DNA from: Scenedesmus sp. PABB004
Taxonomy: Eukaryota
NCBI GenBank assembly: GCA_014905635.1
Contig: JABVCE010000002.1
Coordinates: 2,108,001-2,172,000, forward strand
Length of the DNA stretch: 64,000 nucleotides
Direction of reading: 5' to 3'
Within the stretch, counting starts at the first letter, position 1. Each line of letters begins with the position of its first letter. Below are positions 8,701 to 21,600 of the stretch, piece after piece. The position numbers were made by a program, and so were the translations under genes. The notes under the pieces were generated by a model. It was not told the origin of the DNA. It searched no databases and worked only from the letters and a program-made list of their open reading frames with translations.

Positions 8701-10894
8701 TGGGTGTGTCCTGGCCAGAGGTGCCGCCAGTGCCGCCGTTGCCGCCGTTGCCGCCGCCGTTGCCGCCGCCGTTGTTGGTGCCGCCGCCGCCGCCGTAGTA
8801 GTAGCAGGGTTGTAAATAGCAGGTGCGTGTCTGGGGTGCGCCGTCGGTGAAGTCGCAAGGCGCGCCACCGTTTGCCGCGGCCTGGGTGACCTTGTAGGTA
8901 CTGATCTGGGTGCCGCCGCCGCACGCTGCGCTGCAGGGGCCCCAGTCGCCCCAGGCGCCAGTGCAGTTGACGGGGCAGAGCTGCGTGTTGCATGCCGTCG
9001 TGTTTGTTGTGCCGTTGTACTTGGCACACTCTGACCTGGCGTCGCTCACGGTGAATGTGCCGTGCGTTGTGCCGCCGCCGCAATCAACGCTGCAGGGGGA
9101 CAACGCCCAGGTTCCGGTGCAGTTGCCGAGGCAGGGGCCCAGGGTGCAGGATTCCTCCTTGGAGTCGCCCTGCGTGAAATTGCACGGTTTGCCGTTGAAC
9201 TCCGCCTGGGTCGTGATGTTGAACTTAACAGTCTTGACGCCGGCGCCGCACGTCGCGCTGCAGCTCGTCGCGTCGACCCAGTCGCCGACGCAGTTGACAG
9301 GGCAGGGCTGCAGGCTGCACGTGGTGGCGTTGGGGGTGCCGTTGACGTGCGGGCAGTCCACACCGCCGTGGGCGGCGGACGTCGTCACCACGTACTGGGT
9401 CGTGGTCGTGCCCTCGCCGCACGTCCCGCTGCAAGCGGACCAGGGGTCCCATGCACCGGCGCAATCGACGGGGCAGGGCTGTGGGTTGCACTGCTTGGTC
9501 TTGGTGTCGCCGTGGTGGACCTCTTTCTTTGTGTCCTCATCATCGACGCAGTGCTTGCCACCCAAACCGGCGTATGTGTCCACGACGTACTTGCCGGTCT
9601 CGATACCTCCACCGCACGTAACGTTGCAGTCGTCGGACCAGGCCCAGTGGCCTTTGCAGTCGGTACACGCTTGCTCGTGGCACGCCTCGATCTTGGTGGC
9701 GCCGTTGAGCACCACATCATTGCCGTCCTTGCAGGGCTTGCCGCCGCCGCTGGCGCTGACCGACACGACGTAGGTGGCGGTGAGGAAGCCGTCGCCACAC
9801 GTCGCGTTGCAGGCGGTCTTGGTCCATTCGCCTTTGCAGTCCACGACGGGGCAGGCGGCACTGCACACAACCTCTTCAACGGTGCCGTTGGTGTGATCGC
9901 AGTCCTCGCCCCTGCCTGACGCGGGAGTTGTCACCGTGTACGTGTGGCTCTTCCATCCGCCGCACGTCGCGTTGCAGGCAGTCGTGTCGACCCAGCCGCC
10001 GACGCAGTTGGTGTCCTGGGCCGCGACGCCGCTGTCCTCGCAGAGCGCCGTCACGTTCACCTCCACCTCGCACACGCCGCTCTCAGAGGCCTTGCACCGG
10101 CCGCTGCCGCCGCCGCCGCAGCGCCTCGTCTTGGAATCGGACTTTGTCGGCCAAGACATGTTGCTGGCAAACTGGCCGTCTGCGGGGCACGCGTCGGTCG
10201 CGGGGCGCGCGTCGGCTGCGGGTGCGCGCCGGCAGCCGCCGCCGCGCGCTCGCGCGGCTGCCGGCTCCCCGCCGCCGCCGCCGCGCGGTGCTGGCGCACC
10301 GTGGAGGTAGAAGATGGCCTCGGTCTGGTCGGCGCTGAGGCTGAACGACGCGCTGGCCGCATTTTCACAGTAGTCTTTGGCCGGGCCGTCGCCGCACGTG
10401 ACCAGGTCGCAGCGCGTGCTGGCGTTGGGGAATGCAGCAGTGCCGTTGTTGGTGATGCAGCACGCCCACGAGATGGGGCTCTTGCAGCCAGTCGCTCCGG
10501 TCTGCAATCGGGCGCGCGACGCCGCGCGTCAGGCGGGCGCGGCGTGGCGGGCGCAGCACCGCCCGCCGGCGGCGGCGCCGCGGCGACGGACGCGGCCCGG
10601 CGCGCTCACCGTCGACCAGGTGATGGTGCGGCTGCCGTCGTCGTGCTTGGTGCAGTTGAACCGTGAGCAGCCGCCAGCGGCGCCCGGCCGCCAGCTGTCA
10701 CAGCGGTTGACTGTCGCGTCACACGTCTCGTTCTTGGGCAGGTCCGCCTCAGAGTCTTCAACGTTGACCACCTTGGCGTCGCGCGGCCGCGGGCGGCGCT
10801 TGCGCGGCGGCGTGCGCGCCGCCGAGCCGGCGTCCAGCAGGGCCGCCGCCACGGTGAGGGCCAGCAGCAGGAGTGCCGCGTTGCGCCCCGCCAT
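5718..10894 (-). CDS. Large secreted Cys-rich protein: signal peptide, 7 thrombospondin type-1 repeats, Gly and (SP)n linker, two DUF11-like domains, GACC-type Cys repeats (multi-exon)
   Basis: MAGRNAALLLLALTVAAALL signal; seven CxGxW...CxxxCGxG units (e.g. NCTGAWGDWGPCSAACGGG); PSPSPSPS; LRKTGP...VGDEASFTLTV...DVVLVDELPEG and DNVVVVDALPPQL...DSDPLNN; GACCTPNG/GACCMPDG/GACCYSS. Confidence 0.85.
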
Positions 10895-12066
10895 GGCTGT
10901 GGGTGGCGTGGGGGCGCTCCTTCCGCCGAGGTGTCAGTGCCGCCTGCCTGGCCGGGGCACAGGGCTCTACCGGGCTGCTATGGAAGCTGCTATACTGCTC
11001 ACAGCTCCTACGAAGCACGTCGGGCGTGGCAAGCGAGCGTGAGAGCCGGGGGCAGGGGGCGCGCGCCGCGATGCTGGCCGGGCGCCACCGCGGCGATCGG
11101 CGCTCGCCAGGCCGCAGCGCCGGCGCTGCAAGCTGGGATGCATGTCGCGCAGCTCACGCCGCGCGCGCGCAAGCTGGGGAGCGCACCTCGTGCCGCGGCA
11201 GCGCGAGCGAAGGCGGGCTAGGTCGCGTGCAGCGTCGCTTGTGGGGCGCTGAATGTGGGCTTGCGGTCGCCGGTTGGTCGCACGTTCGCGTCTGGGCACG
11301 GCGGGGCGGCGGGCGCGTGGGTCGCCGCGCCGCGCGCCGACGCTACACGTCGCCATCGCTCGATGACTGCGGTCAACCTTTTGCGCGGCGCTCGCCGCGC
11401 TGATCAGCCGGGCGCGCCGTGCTCGCGCGCTGCCGCCACACACGCTGGGGCCGCCTGGCCGCCCGCTGCGCCGCCCTGCGCGCAGACCTGCGCTGCACCG
11501 TCCCAGCCCCGGGCGACCAGTGCACGATCGGGCCGCTCGGACACCTCTCGCAGACGCCCTGTGTCTGGCGGAAACCATTGCGGCGCCGGCAGCCCGCGCA
11601 GCAGGCTGTACGTGGCACTGGGCTGTTCCGCGCCGAGGGATGGCCAGCCAACGTGGCGGCAGGCTCGCGGCACCACCGCGCGCCAGCGTCCCACCGACAG
11701 ATGCGCCGCGCCGGGCGGTCAGCTCGTGCCGGGCGACGCGCCGCGCAGAGCGGCCGCGGCTGCGGCACACGCCGCCGGCCCGCCTCACGGCGCCGTCGAC
11801 CGCCGCAGGCGTGGACTCGCGCCTGCGGCCGGTCCGCGGCCTCAGATGGCTCGGTCAAGCCGCAGCCGCGGCGTTGGCGCGGCGCCGGGCCGCGCGGAGC
11901 GCGCGGGCTGGCAGCCGGCCGGCTGCTGGCGCTGGGCGGTCACGGCAGCGGCCGCAGCGTGCGCAGCGGCGTGGTGCGGCGGGCCTGCCGCGAGGGCCCA
12001 GTGCTGCTGCAGGAGCGGGGGCCACGCCCAAGCGTGCGTTGCAAGCTCCGCCGCAGGCGCCCCGCG

Positions 12067-13140
12067 TCACGCCGGCTGACCGCTTGCTGGCGTGTGCCAC
12101 GCGCGCACCCAGTCGACGACGAGCTCGCCGCCGCGCGCGTCGACGTCGGCGCTGCCCGGCAGCGCGCCGCCGACTGCGAGGTTGAGTATGAGGTGAAAGG
12201 GCGGCCCGTCAAACGGCCACGCCCCGCCGCCCGCCTCGACCTCGGCGCGCGTCGCGCGGGCGACCACGTCGCCGTCGACCAGCCAGGCCACCGCGCCGCA
12301 CCGCCACTCCAGGCCGTACGTGGCCCAGCCGCCCGCTGCGGCGCCGACGCTCAGCGGCGCCGCGTTGCGTGCGGGCGCCTGGCGGTGCTCGCCGGCGCCG
12401 GCGCCGCCAAAGTGCATCGTGTGCAGCGTCTCGGCGGCGAGGTTGATGTGCTCCACGACGTCCAGCTCGCCGCTCGCCGGCCACGCAGCGGCGGGCGGCT
12501 CCGGGAGCGCCCAGAACGCGGCCCAGTGGCCGCGCCGCATCGGCAGCCGCAGCCGCGCCTCAATGAGCAGCGTGCCGGCGGCGCCTGCGCACGCGCCGCC
12601 CGCGCCGCCCGCGACGGCGGGGCCCTCGGCGGCGGCGGCCCCGGCGCGCGCGGCGCCCGCGGGGCTGAACGCCCACGTGCCGCGCGTAGTCAGCTTGGCG
12701 GATGTCCACGCCCGCGGCGTCGCCGACGCCGGCGCGGCGCGGTTGGCGCAGCGCTGCGGCGCCGAGAGGGTGCTCGAGATGCGCAGCAGCCCGTCGGAGG
12801 TGCGGTCGGGGTTGGGCACGATGCCGGCGTTAGCAGGCGCGTCGGTGAAGCACTGCAGCTCCCTGCGCGCCACGCAGGGCCCCGGCCGCGCGCGGCGTGC
12901 GGCAGCGTCGGAGGGGGGCGCCGCGCGGGCGGGCGGGCGCGCGCACCGCGCCGCGCGCGCCGCGCTCGCGCACCCGTTGCCCCAGCCGTCCAGGCCAAAG
13001 TCGGCGCCGTCGCCGAGGTCGAAGCGCCACGTGGAGGCATCGAGCGACGTAAAATCATCTTCAAACACCAGCACCCGCTCCGGCGGCACGACGCCGCTGG
13101 CGCCGGGCGCGACGCCGGCCGCGGCGGGCCCTGCACCACG

Positions 13141-13190
<50 letters not shown>

Positions 13191-13716
13191 GCGTGCAGGA
13201 GGTTCGGCGCGCGCAGGCGCGCGCGCGCGCCGCGGCCGGGCCCGCGCGGGCGCGATGCGCAGCGCCGCCCCGCGCGCGGCTGCCCCCGCGCGGCAGGCCC
13301 CGCTCACACGCCAGCGGCAGCCCCAGCGGCGGCTCGTCGCTCAGCCCCGGCGCGAAGTCGGCCCCGCTGGGCCACGCCGCCACGCGCGGCGCGGCGTCGC
13401 CGCCGGCGAGGCGCGGGTCGGGTAAAGCGCAGGCGCCGCTCGGCTCGGGCCCCGGCAGCAGGCGCTCGCCGCCGGGGCAGTTGAACTCGGCCGGCGAGTA
13501 GCAGCCGGGCGGCTCGCGCGTGTGCCAGCAGGTGCAGAGCCCCTGGTCTGAGCAGGCGTAGTAGGGCGGCAGGGCCCCCGTACCCTCGCCCTGAGCAGCG
13601 GCGGCGGCCCGCAGCGCGCAGCAGCAGTGCAGCAGCGCCGCCAGCAGCAGCGGCGCCGCCAGCGGCGCAGCAGCAGCTCCACGGCGCCGCTGGGAGCTGC
13701 CGCGAGCTCCCGGCAT
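12067..13716 (-). CDS. Secreted glycoside hydrolase family 16 (laminarinase/beta-1,3-glucanase-like), with in-frame introns
   Basis: Signal peptide; VFEDDF, GWGNG|ELQ, WTSAKL, IEARLRLP, HWAAFWAL, WPASGELDVVE (catalytic ExDxxE), FHLILNLAVGG, VDWVRAW. Confidence 0.93.
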
Positions 13717-14557
13717 TGCTGCCTGGTGCGTATGTACGGCCTGCGGCGGCGGCGCCGGACGCAGGTGGGCCCATGCACGCAGCTGCTCTTGCCGCCGTCG
13801 GCTGGCCAGCGGCCGAGCCGCGGCCCCGCTCGGCCGCGGAGCCCGCGATCTCGTGGTGGGTGGGCGTGCGGGGGCGCACCGGCCGTGGGGCGGCGGACGC
13901 AGCAGCCGCCGCTTCGCGCGCCGGCAGCGAATGCGCTGGCAGGAGCTGAGCGCGGGGGCGTGGAGCTGAGTGTGTTGGGAGGCGTGGTGGGATCGTGGAG
14001 CTGGGAAGGCGCGGCCCCCGCCGCCGGCCGCCCGCCCACGAAAAAGAACGACCTTGGGCGGTTGACCCGCCGCTCGTGGCGTGGCGTGCGCAGTGGTGGG
14101 CGGCTGGGGCGCCCGGCCGGGGCAGGTCGCCCGGAGCAGGGCCAGCCCACGGCAGTGCGGGCGCCACGGGAGCTGCTGGCGCCGCGGACGCTCGGCGGCG
14201 CGCGCGGCGGGACGCCCGGCGCGCTGCGCTGCGCGCCCCGGCGCTCGGCATGCGTGCCGCGCGCACGTCGGTCGGCACCTCCCGGATTCCTAAAGCCGAG
14301 TGGAGCCTGAATGCGCGGGTTGGCGGCGTTTGCGGCGCTCTAGGGTCCGCTGCGCCGGCCGTCGACATAGGCCCGCCCCGCGCGCGCGCCCCGGCACCTC
14401 TCGGCCGCATGACGATGCTGCCCGTCGCCACCAACCCCACGCGCACCCTCGGCGGGGCGCCCGGCGCCCGTGCCGGGGGCCGCGCCCTCGCGGGCGCCGG
14501 CCCCGGGCGCGCGCCGGCTCGATCGGGCGGGTAAGCGGCGTCAAGCGGCGTCAAACA

Positions 14558-17530
14558 ATGCGCAGAGCGCGCTGCCGGGCGGCCGGCCCCGCGCGCGCAC
14601 GCACGCCGCGGCAGCAGGAGCGCATCGCCCCCGCCCGCCACCCACGCGCGCGGGTTGCGCGCCCGCGACCGCGCACCCTGAGCCTCCCGCGCCGTCGCAC
14701 CCGCAGGGCCGCGCCCCGCGATTCGAGGTGGCCGCAGCGCGCCGGCGCGGCGGCGCTGGCGCGGCGTGCAGCGGGTGCGCGCGGCGCGGCGGGCCGCGGC
14801 GGGGCGCCGGCGCGCCCGCGGATGCCGGGCGGGCGCCCAGAGGCCTTCCGGGGACGAGCGCAGCGTCGGGCGCGTCCGGGGCGGCGCCGGGCGCAGCGGC
14901 GGCGGATGGCAGCGGCGACGCAGCAGCGGCGAGCAACCAACGCGCCGCCCACCCGCCCGCGCGCGCAGGCGCCGTGCCGCTGCGCCCCGCCGCCCCCGCG
15001 CGCCGGAGCGTCGCGCCGCAGGCGGTGCAGGTGCGCCGCGCCCCCCTCGCGCCCCACGCGCACGCGCCCCGCCCGCGCGCCGCGCACCCGCCCACCGCGC
15101 GCCGCGCCGCGCCGCGCCGTGCGCCGCGCGCAGGCCCCCACCGCGCCCGCCACGGCGTCGGCGGGCCCCGAGGAGCTGTCGCGCGTGTGGTACGAGCTCG
15201 GCGGCATCACCATCACCGCGGTCAAGGACGGCGGCAGCTTTGCGGTGCACGTGGAGGCCGCGGAGCCGCGCCCCATGGTGCTCCACTGGGCCGTGAACGA
15301 CTGGGAGGCCCCGCAGCCCGAGGTCTGGCCCGAGGGCACCAACAAGGTGCGGCGCGCCGCGGCCGCCGCGCCGCGCGGGCCGCGGCGGCGCCCGTGGCGC
15401 CGCGCGCGGCTGGGGGTGCCGACGCCGCCCGCCGCGCCGACGCTTCCGCTGCGCCCCGCGCCGCCGCGGCGCGCAGGTCGACGACAAGGCGGTGCAGACG
15501 CCCTTCCGCGACGGGCGCAGCGTGTCGCTCGTGTTCCCCTCGGCCCTCGCGCCCGAGCGCATCGTGTTTGTGCTCAAGGAGCTGCAGCCCGAGAACTGGA
15601 TTAACAACGGCAGCTGCTACAGCGCGCAGGCGCGCCGCCCGCGCCACCCCGCGCCTGCACGCGCGCCGCCACCGTGCGCCCGCGCGCCGCGCCCGCGCGC
15701 CGCGCCCCGCCGACCCCGCCGCGCGCCGGCCCGGCCACAGCTGAAGCCGCCGGGGCTGGACAAGCTCGTGAACCGCGTGCTCGGCTGCGAGGGCGAGTCG
15801 GGGCACTGGTCGCTCAAGGACCGCTTCGTCCTCGCCAACGACGTGCTCGACGGCTTCGCCGCCGGCGGTGCGCGCCTCGCCTGCTGCGCGCGGCGCGGCA
15901 CGCGGCGCGGGGTTGAGGCCCGCAGCCCGCGGCAGACCGCGGCAGCAGCGCGGCCCGCCGCACAGCGCCCACGCCGCCCTGCCCTGCTCTCTCCCGCGCC
16001 TGCCCTCCCGCCACCCCCCAAACAGGCGCCGAGGGCATGGCCTTCATGTTCACCTGGCTGCGCATGAGCAGCGCCAAGCTGCTCACCTGGGCGCGCAAGG
16101 CCAACTACCAGTCCAAGGCGCGCGCCGCGCACAGCACGCACAGCGCGCAGCACGCACAGCGCGCGCAGCAGCGCGTGCACGCAGCATGCAGCGCGCCGCC
16201 GCGGCTGACGCCGCCCTCGCTGCTGCGCCCGCCCGTGCCGCCGCGCACGCACTCGCACGCACTCGCAGGACATCACGTGGATGCAGAAGGTCATCAGCGA
16301 GCGCATGACCGAGAAGGCTCGCGGGCACCCCGACCCCTGGGTGCGCCTGTACGCGCGGCTCGCGCTCGCGGGGCTCCCGCGCGGCGGCGGCAACGGCGAC
16401 GACATCCGCATGGGCATCCTCCACATCATGCGCGAGAACGGCATCAAGGAGGGTCACCGCCCGGTGCGCGACACGCCGCGCGGGCCGCCGCACCTGCCGC
16501 CGCTGCCGCCGCGACGCGCGACGCGCGGGGACGCCCCCTCCCGCCCGCGGCGGCGAGCGCCGCCGCCTCGCGCGTCTGACACGCCGCCCGCCCCGCTGCC
16601 GCGCGCGCGCCCGCCAGGGCCACGACGAGCCGTTCCTGGAGCAGTGGCACCAGAAGTTGCACCAGAACACGACGCCCGAGGACGTCACGATCTGCGAGGC
16701 CTACCTCGCCTTCCTGCACAGGCGCGTGCGGCGCGGCGCGCGGGCGGGCGCAGGGCTGTGTTTTTTTTGTTGTTACTTTTTTGTTGTCTGCCGAGCGGCA
16801 GCGGGGCAGTTGGCAGCAGGCAGCCGGACTTGGTCGCCGATGACGCAGGACGTGTCGATTCCCTGGGGGCCGCACGTTTTTTGTCATCGGCGACCAAGTC
16901 CGGCTGTCCCGACGTTGGTGTTGACGTTGACCGCCGCTGCCGTTGCGGGCCCGGCGGGCAGCGCCGCTCCTGCGGCGCTCGACGGCCGCCGCCGCCGACG
17001 CCGCCCGCGCCCGCCCGCGCCGGCCGCCGCCCGCCGCCGCGGCCGCGCAGCGGCTCGCACGATGACTACTGGCGCGTGCTGTGGGAGAACGGGCGCATCA
17101 CGCGGGAGCACCTCGAGGGCATGCACATCCCGCTCAAGGGTGCGCGCCGCGCGCGCCGCGCAACCCATCCGCGCCCGCGCCGCCGCCGCCGCCGCTCTCG
17201 CCTCCGCCTGCGGCCCCGCGCCTACGCGCCCTGCGTGCCCCCCGCTCGCTCACCCTCCCGCTCACCCTCCCGCCCGCGCCCCCGCGCCGCGCGCCGCCTG
17301 CTCGCCGCGCCGCGCCCGCAGCGTGGCCGCAGCACCTGCCGCACATGATCAACCCCATGAAGGGCTACCTCTGGACGCTCAAGACCTGCCACGCGGGCGC
17401 CGACATGGACACCGCGGCCGAGATGGCAAAGGGCCACCTCGACGGCGACACGAGCTGGATGGTCTTTGACGTCCTCAAGAACAGGTGGGTGGGTCTGCGG
17501 CTGTGTGTGGCTGCGTGTGCGTGTGTGTGT

Positions 17531-17580
<50 letters not shown>

Positions 17581-20500
17581 GGAAGGCGGGCGCAGCGCGT
17601 GCTGAGCGACGTCGAGGCGGCGGCGGCGCGGGCGCGGCGGCGGCGCGGGCGGCGCCGCTCACGCGCGCCGCGGCGCGCGGTCCGCCGCGCGCAGGAACGA
17701 GTGGTGGGTGCCGGGAAAGATCGTGGAGGTGCGCAAGCGCCTCGCCGACGTGTGGCGCGGCCCCGGCGGCTCGCGCGACGTGCTGCTGCTGGACATCGCC
17801 CTCGACAACTACTTCAGGCGCGCGCCGCGGCGGCGGCGGCGGCAGGCGGCTGGCCTGGGGCGGCTCGCCTGGGGGCGGCTGGCCTGGAGGGGCGCGCGGC
17901 GGCTGGCCTGGGGGCGGCTGCCTGGGCGCAGCTGCCTGGAGGCGCGAGGCGGCTTGCCTGGGGGCGGCTGGCCTGGGGGCGCGCGGCGGTCAGCGCCGTG
18001 GGCTGCGGCGCGGGGCGGCCTGTGCGCGAGGCTCGGCCCCTGGCCGACCGACCGCGCGCGCGCCGCCGCCGCCGCCGCCGCTTGCAGGACGCTGATCGAG
18101 CGCACGGACCGCGCGTCGCTGAGCCGCGACCAGCTGGTGGACATGGTCGGCCTGGTTCTGGACAACGCGGGCATCGCGGTGAGCGGGCGCACACAAAACA
18201 TGGGGGCACGCTGGGGCTGGGGGCGTGTGAGGAGCGCGTTGTGCGTGTGCGTGGGGCCTTGCCCGCGTGCCCCGGCCCCCGCCACGGCTGACCCCGCCCG
18301 CGCCCGCGCGCCGCGCGCCGCGGCGCAGGCCGAGTCGTACGAGCTGCAGCAGTGCGGCCGGCTGTGGGGCCGCATCGCGGGCAGCGGCGAGCGCTGGGGC
18401 CGCGACTGGGGCCTGCAGGCGCTCGCGGCGGCGCAGCGCGTGGAGCTGAGCCTCGCCGCGTACGCGGACGAGATGGTCTGCCACGTGCAGGTGCAGCACC
18501 ACTGGCGGCGCTGCGCTGCGCCGCGCGGCGACTCCCAACGTGCCGCCGCGGCCGCTGCCGCCGCGGCCGCGCGCTCACGCGCCGCCCCGCGCCGCCGCCG
18601 CCGCGCGCCGCCGTTCCCGCCGCCGCGCAGCCGCACGCGGCGGCGTTTGGCGAGCGCTGCGGCATCGACGCGTCGCACATCACCAACTTTGGCGAGGAGG
18701 TGGTGCGCGGGCAGCCCGCGTTTGTGCTGAGCGGCCTGCTGAGCGACCTCGAGCGCCACCTGCGCCAGGCCGCCGGCGCGGGCGCGTGGCAGGTGCGGCG
18801 GCGGCCAGGCGGCGCGCCGCCCGCGGCTGGCAGAGCACGCGCGGGCGCGCGGGCGCGGCTGCGCTGCCGCGTTGCGCGCGTCCCGAGCCGCCCCACCCCG
18901 CGCGCAGGTCGTGAGCCAGGTGCCCGCGCTGGGCGAGGTCGTCGTGCGGTCGCTGGAGGACGTGCAGGGCCAGGCCTTTGCCTCGCCGCTCGTGCTGCTG
19001 AGCGCGGGCCTCGGCGGCATGGAGGACATCCCCCCCGGCATCACCGCCGTCATCACGCAGTCGAGCACCGACGTGCTGTCCCACGTCGCCATCCGCGCGC
19101 GCAGCCAGGGCGTGCTCCTCGCGAGCTGCTTCGACGACGACGAGTGGGCCCGCCTCGCGGCGATGCAGGCGCGGCGCGGCGCGGCGCAGCGCAGCGGGGC
19201 GCGGCGCGGCGCGGCGCGGCGCGGCGGCGCACCTTGGGAGCGCGTCGACGCCGCGCTGCGCCCGTCGCTCACCGCCGCGGCGCCGCTGGCCGCGCTGCTG
19301 CTGCCGCCGCGCAGGGGCAGCATGTCGAGGTGGAGGTGACGCCCGCGGGCGACGTCGTCGCAGCGCAGGTCGACCCGCCGTCCGCCGACACCGCGAGCGC
19401 GGCGAGCCGCGGCGTCGGCTTCCGCCGCCTCACGCTCGCGCCGCCGGCGCCCTGGTCGGCCTGGGCGCTCGGCGAGACGCAGTTTGGGGCGGGCGTGGTC
19501 GGCGCCAAGGCCAACAACCTCGCGGCACTGCGCGGCGTGCTGCCGGCGTGGATCCAGGTCCCCGCCTCGGTCGCGCTGCCGTTTGGCACCTTTGAGGCGG
19601 TGCTCGCGCACGCGCCCAACGCCGGCGCGGCGCAGACGCTCGGCGCGCTGCAGGCCGAGATGGCGCGGTCCGAGGTGTGCGCGCCGGCGAGGGGGTCGGG
19701 GGCTGCGGGGCGCCAGGCGCTCGCGCTGCTGGCCGGCGCGCGCCACGCCGGCTCCCCACCAACCACGCGCCCCCGCGCGCGCACGCCTGCAGGTCGGCTC
19801 GGGCGTCCCGCCCGCGCTGGCGGTGGCGCGGCAGCTGGTGGCCACCAACCTCCAGTCGCCCCCCGAGCTGTTGCAGGAGCTGTCCCGCGTCGCGGCGGCG
19901 GCGGGCCTGCCCGGCGCCGAGTCGTGGGCGCCCGGCAGCGCCACCTGGGCCCCCGTGTGGGCCGCGATCTGCAAGGTGGGCGCCGGCCCAGGCCAGCCCA
20001 GCCAGCGGCAGCGCGCCGAGCGCCGCGCGCCCCGCTCGTGCGCCCCGCTCGCGCGCGCGACGCGCCCACGGTGCCCGCCGCCCGCCGCGCGCAGGTGTGG
20101 GCGAGCCAGTGGGCGGACCGCGCGTGGCTGAGCCGTCAGGCGTGCGGCGTGCCGGAGGGCCAGCTCAGCATGAGCGTCCTGCTCCAGGAGGTGACCGGGG
20201 CATAGGGGGCCGCCGCGCCCGCCGCCGCCGCCGCGCGCCGCCGCCGCTGCTGCCGCTCCCCGCGTGCCCCTCGGCCCACCCGCCGCCCGCGCCCGCGCCC
20301 GCCGCGTTGCGCCACTGAACCTCGCGCCGCGCAGGTCGTGGCGGCGCAGTACGCGTTTGTGCTGCACACCGCCAACCCGCTCACGGGGCGCAAGGGCGAC
20401 ATGTTTGGCGAGCTCGTGCCCGGCCTGGGCGAGGTCCTGGTGCGCGGCCGCCGCCGCGGCTGCCGCGCCGATGCGTCTCCTGCACCCGGGCGCGACCGCC

Positions 20501-21159
20501 GCCCGCCGCGCGCAGCGAGCTTCCTCGAGCCCGCGCCCGCTCGCCCGCCCGCCCGCCCGCCCGCCGCCCGCCGCGCCGCCCACAGGTCGGCAACTACCCC
20601 GGGCGGGCGCTGAGCTTCAGCGACTCCCCCGGCGCGCCCGAGCCGCAGCTGCTGAGCCTGCCGAGCAAGCGCGTCGGCCTCTACGCGCCGCCCGGCGGCA
20701 CGCTCATCGCGCGCAGCGACACCAACGGGGAGGACCTCGAGGCCTTTGCCGGCGCAGGGCTGTACGACAGGTGCGCCGCGCCGCGCGCTGAGCGGCGGCG
20801 GCGGCCCTGCGCGCGCGCCGCGCGCCCCGCGCGCCCTGCGCCCACGCCGCGCGCCCCGCGCGCCCTGCGCCCACGCCGCGCGCCCCGCGCGCCCTGCGCC
20901 CACGCCGCGCGCCCCGCGCGCCGCGTGCCGCAGCGTGCCGGTCGTGCCGCTGACGGAGGTGACGCTCGAGGCGGCGGACGAGCCGCTGCTCTGGGACGGC
21001 GGGCTGCGCGCGAGCCTGATCGACAGCATCGTCGACGCGGGCCAGGCGGTGGAGGCCGCGTTTGGCGGCGCGCCGCAGGACATCGAGGGCGTGTGGCGCG
21101 AGGGCCAGATGGTCGTCGTGCAGGCGCGGCCCCAGGTGCTGCCCGACGCGGCGGCGTGA
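14558..21159 (+). CDS. GWD: Alpha-glucan water dikinase, plastidial (multi-exon; start uncertain)
   Basis: CBM45-like VLHWAVNDW; GLPRGGGNGDDIRMGILHIMR; EQWHQKLHQNTTPEDVTICEAYL; phospho-His motif DVLSHVAIRARS; RSDTNGEDLEAFAGAGLYDSV; PQDIEGV...VVQARPQV; TGTAA at 21462. Confidence 0.95.
16796..16942 (+). ncRNA. Long intronic stem-loop, candidate pre-miRNA, inside a GWD intron
   Basis: Perfect 24-bp inverted repeat 16821-16844/16883-16906, extended by inner (ACGTG/CACGT, G-U) and outer (CGGCAGCGG/CCGCTGCCG) pairing. Confidence 0.55.
17513..17579. repeat. (GT)n microsatellite in a GWD intron
   Basis: Dinucleotide run. Confidence 0.95.
17845..17980. repeat. Degenerate intronic minisatellite, unit approximately GGCGGCTGGCCTGGGG
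   Basis: About 8 imperfect copies. Confidence 0.7.
20821..20922. repeat. 29-bp tandem repeat (about 3.5 copies) in the last GWD intron
   Basis: Unit CGCGCCCCGCGCGCCCTGCGCCCACGCCG. Confidence 0.9.
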
Positions 21160-21600
21160 CGCGGGCGCGGGGGCGCCGGCGGGAACCCGGGGCGGGGCGG
21201 GGGCCGCGGGCGGGGCGCGCCGCGCCGTGCTGTGTGCGTGCGCAGACGTCCGGCGAGCGCACGTGAAGGTATGCTGGCGGCGCGATTTTGGCGCGGGCGG
21301 ATCCCGGAGACCAGCAGCGGGGGCGGGGCGGCACTGGCTCCCACGTCGTTGCCGTTGTGCCCGGAGCGCGCCGCGCGGGCTAGCTGCAGCGCTGCATTGG
21401 ACCGCACAGCACCTGAATGAAAGGCGCGCGTCGCGTGCGCTCGCGCGCACGCGGCGGTGTGTGTAAAGTACGAGCGCCCAGCCGTCGTCCGCGCCAGCCG
21501 CGGCCGTGAACCCCGAACCGCCGCCGTCATCGCGCGGCGCGCATTTGGGGCGCCGCGCAGCCCAGACCGCGCACGTTTCCGAGCACAGCACGCCCCCGCC

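Noticed and set aside
16856..16866. TCGATTCCCTG in the hairpin loop matches the tRNA-Ala T arm
   Set aside because: An 11-nt match with no other tRNA features; may be chance
20821..20922. CRISPR-like array (29-bp repeats)
   Set aside because: Head-to-tail repeats without spacers, inside a eukaryotic intron, with no cas genes
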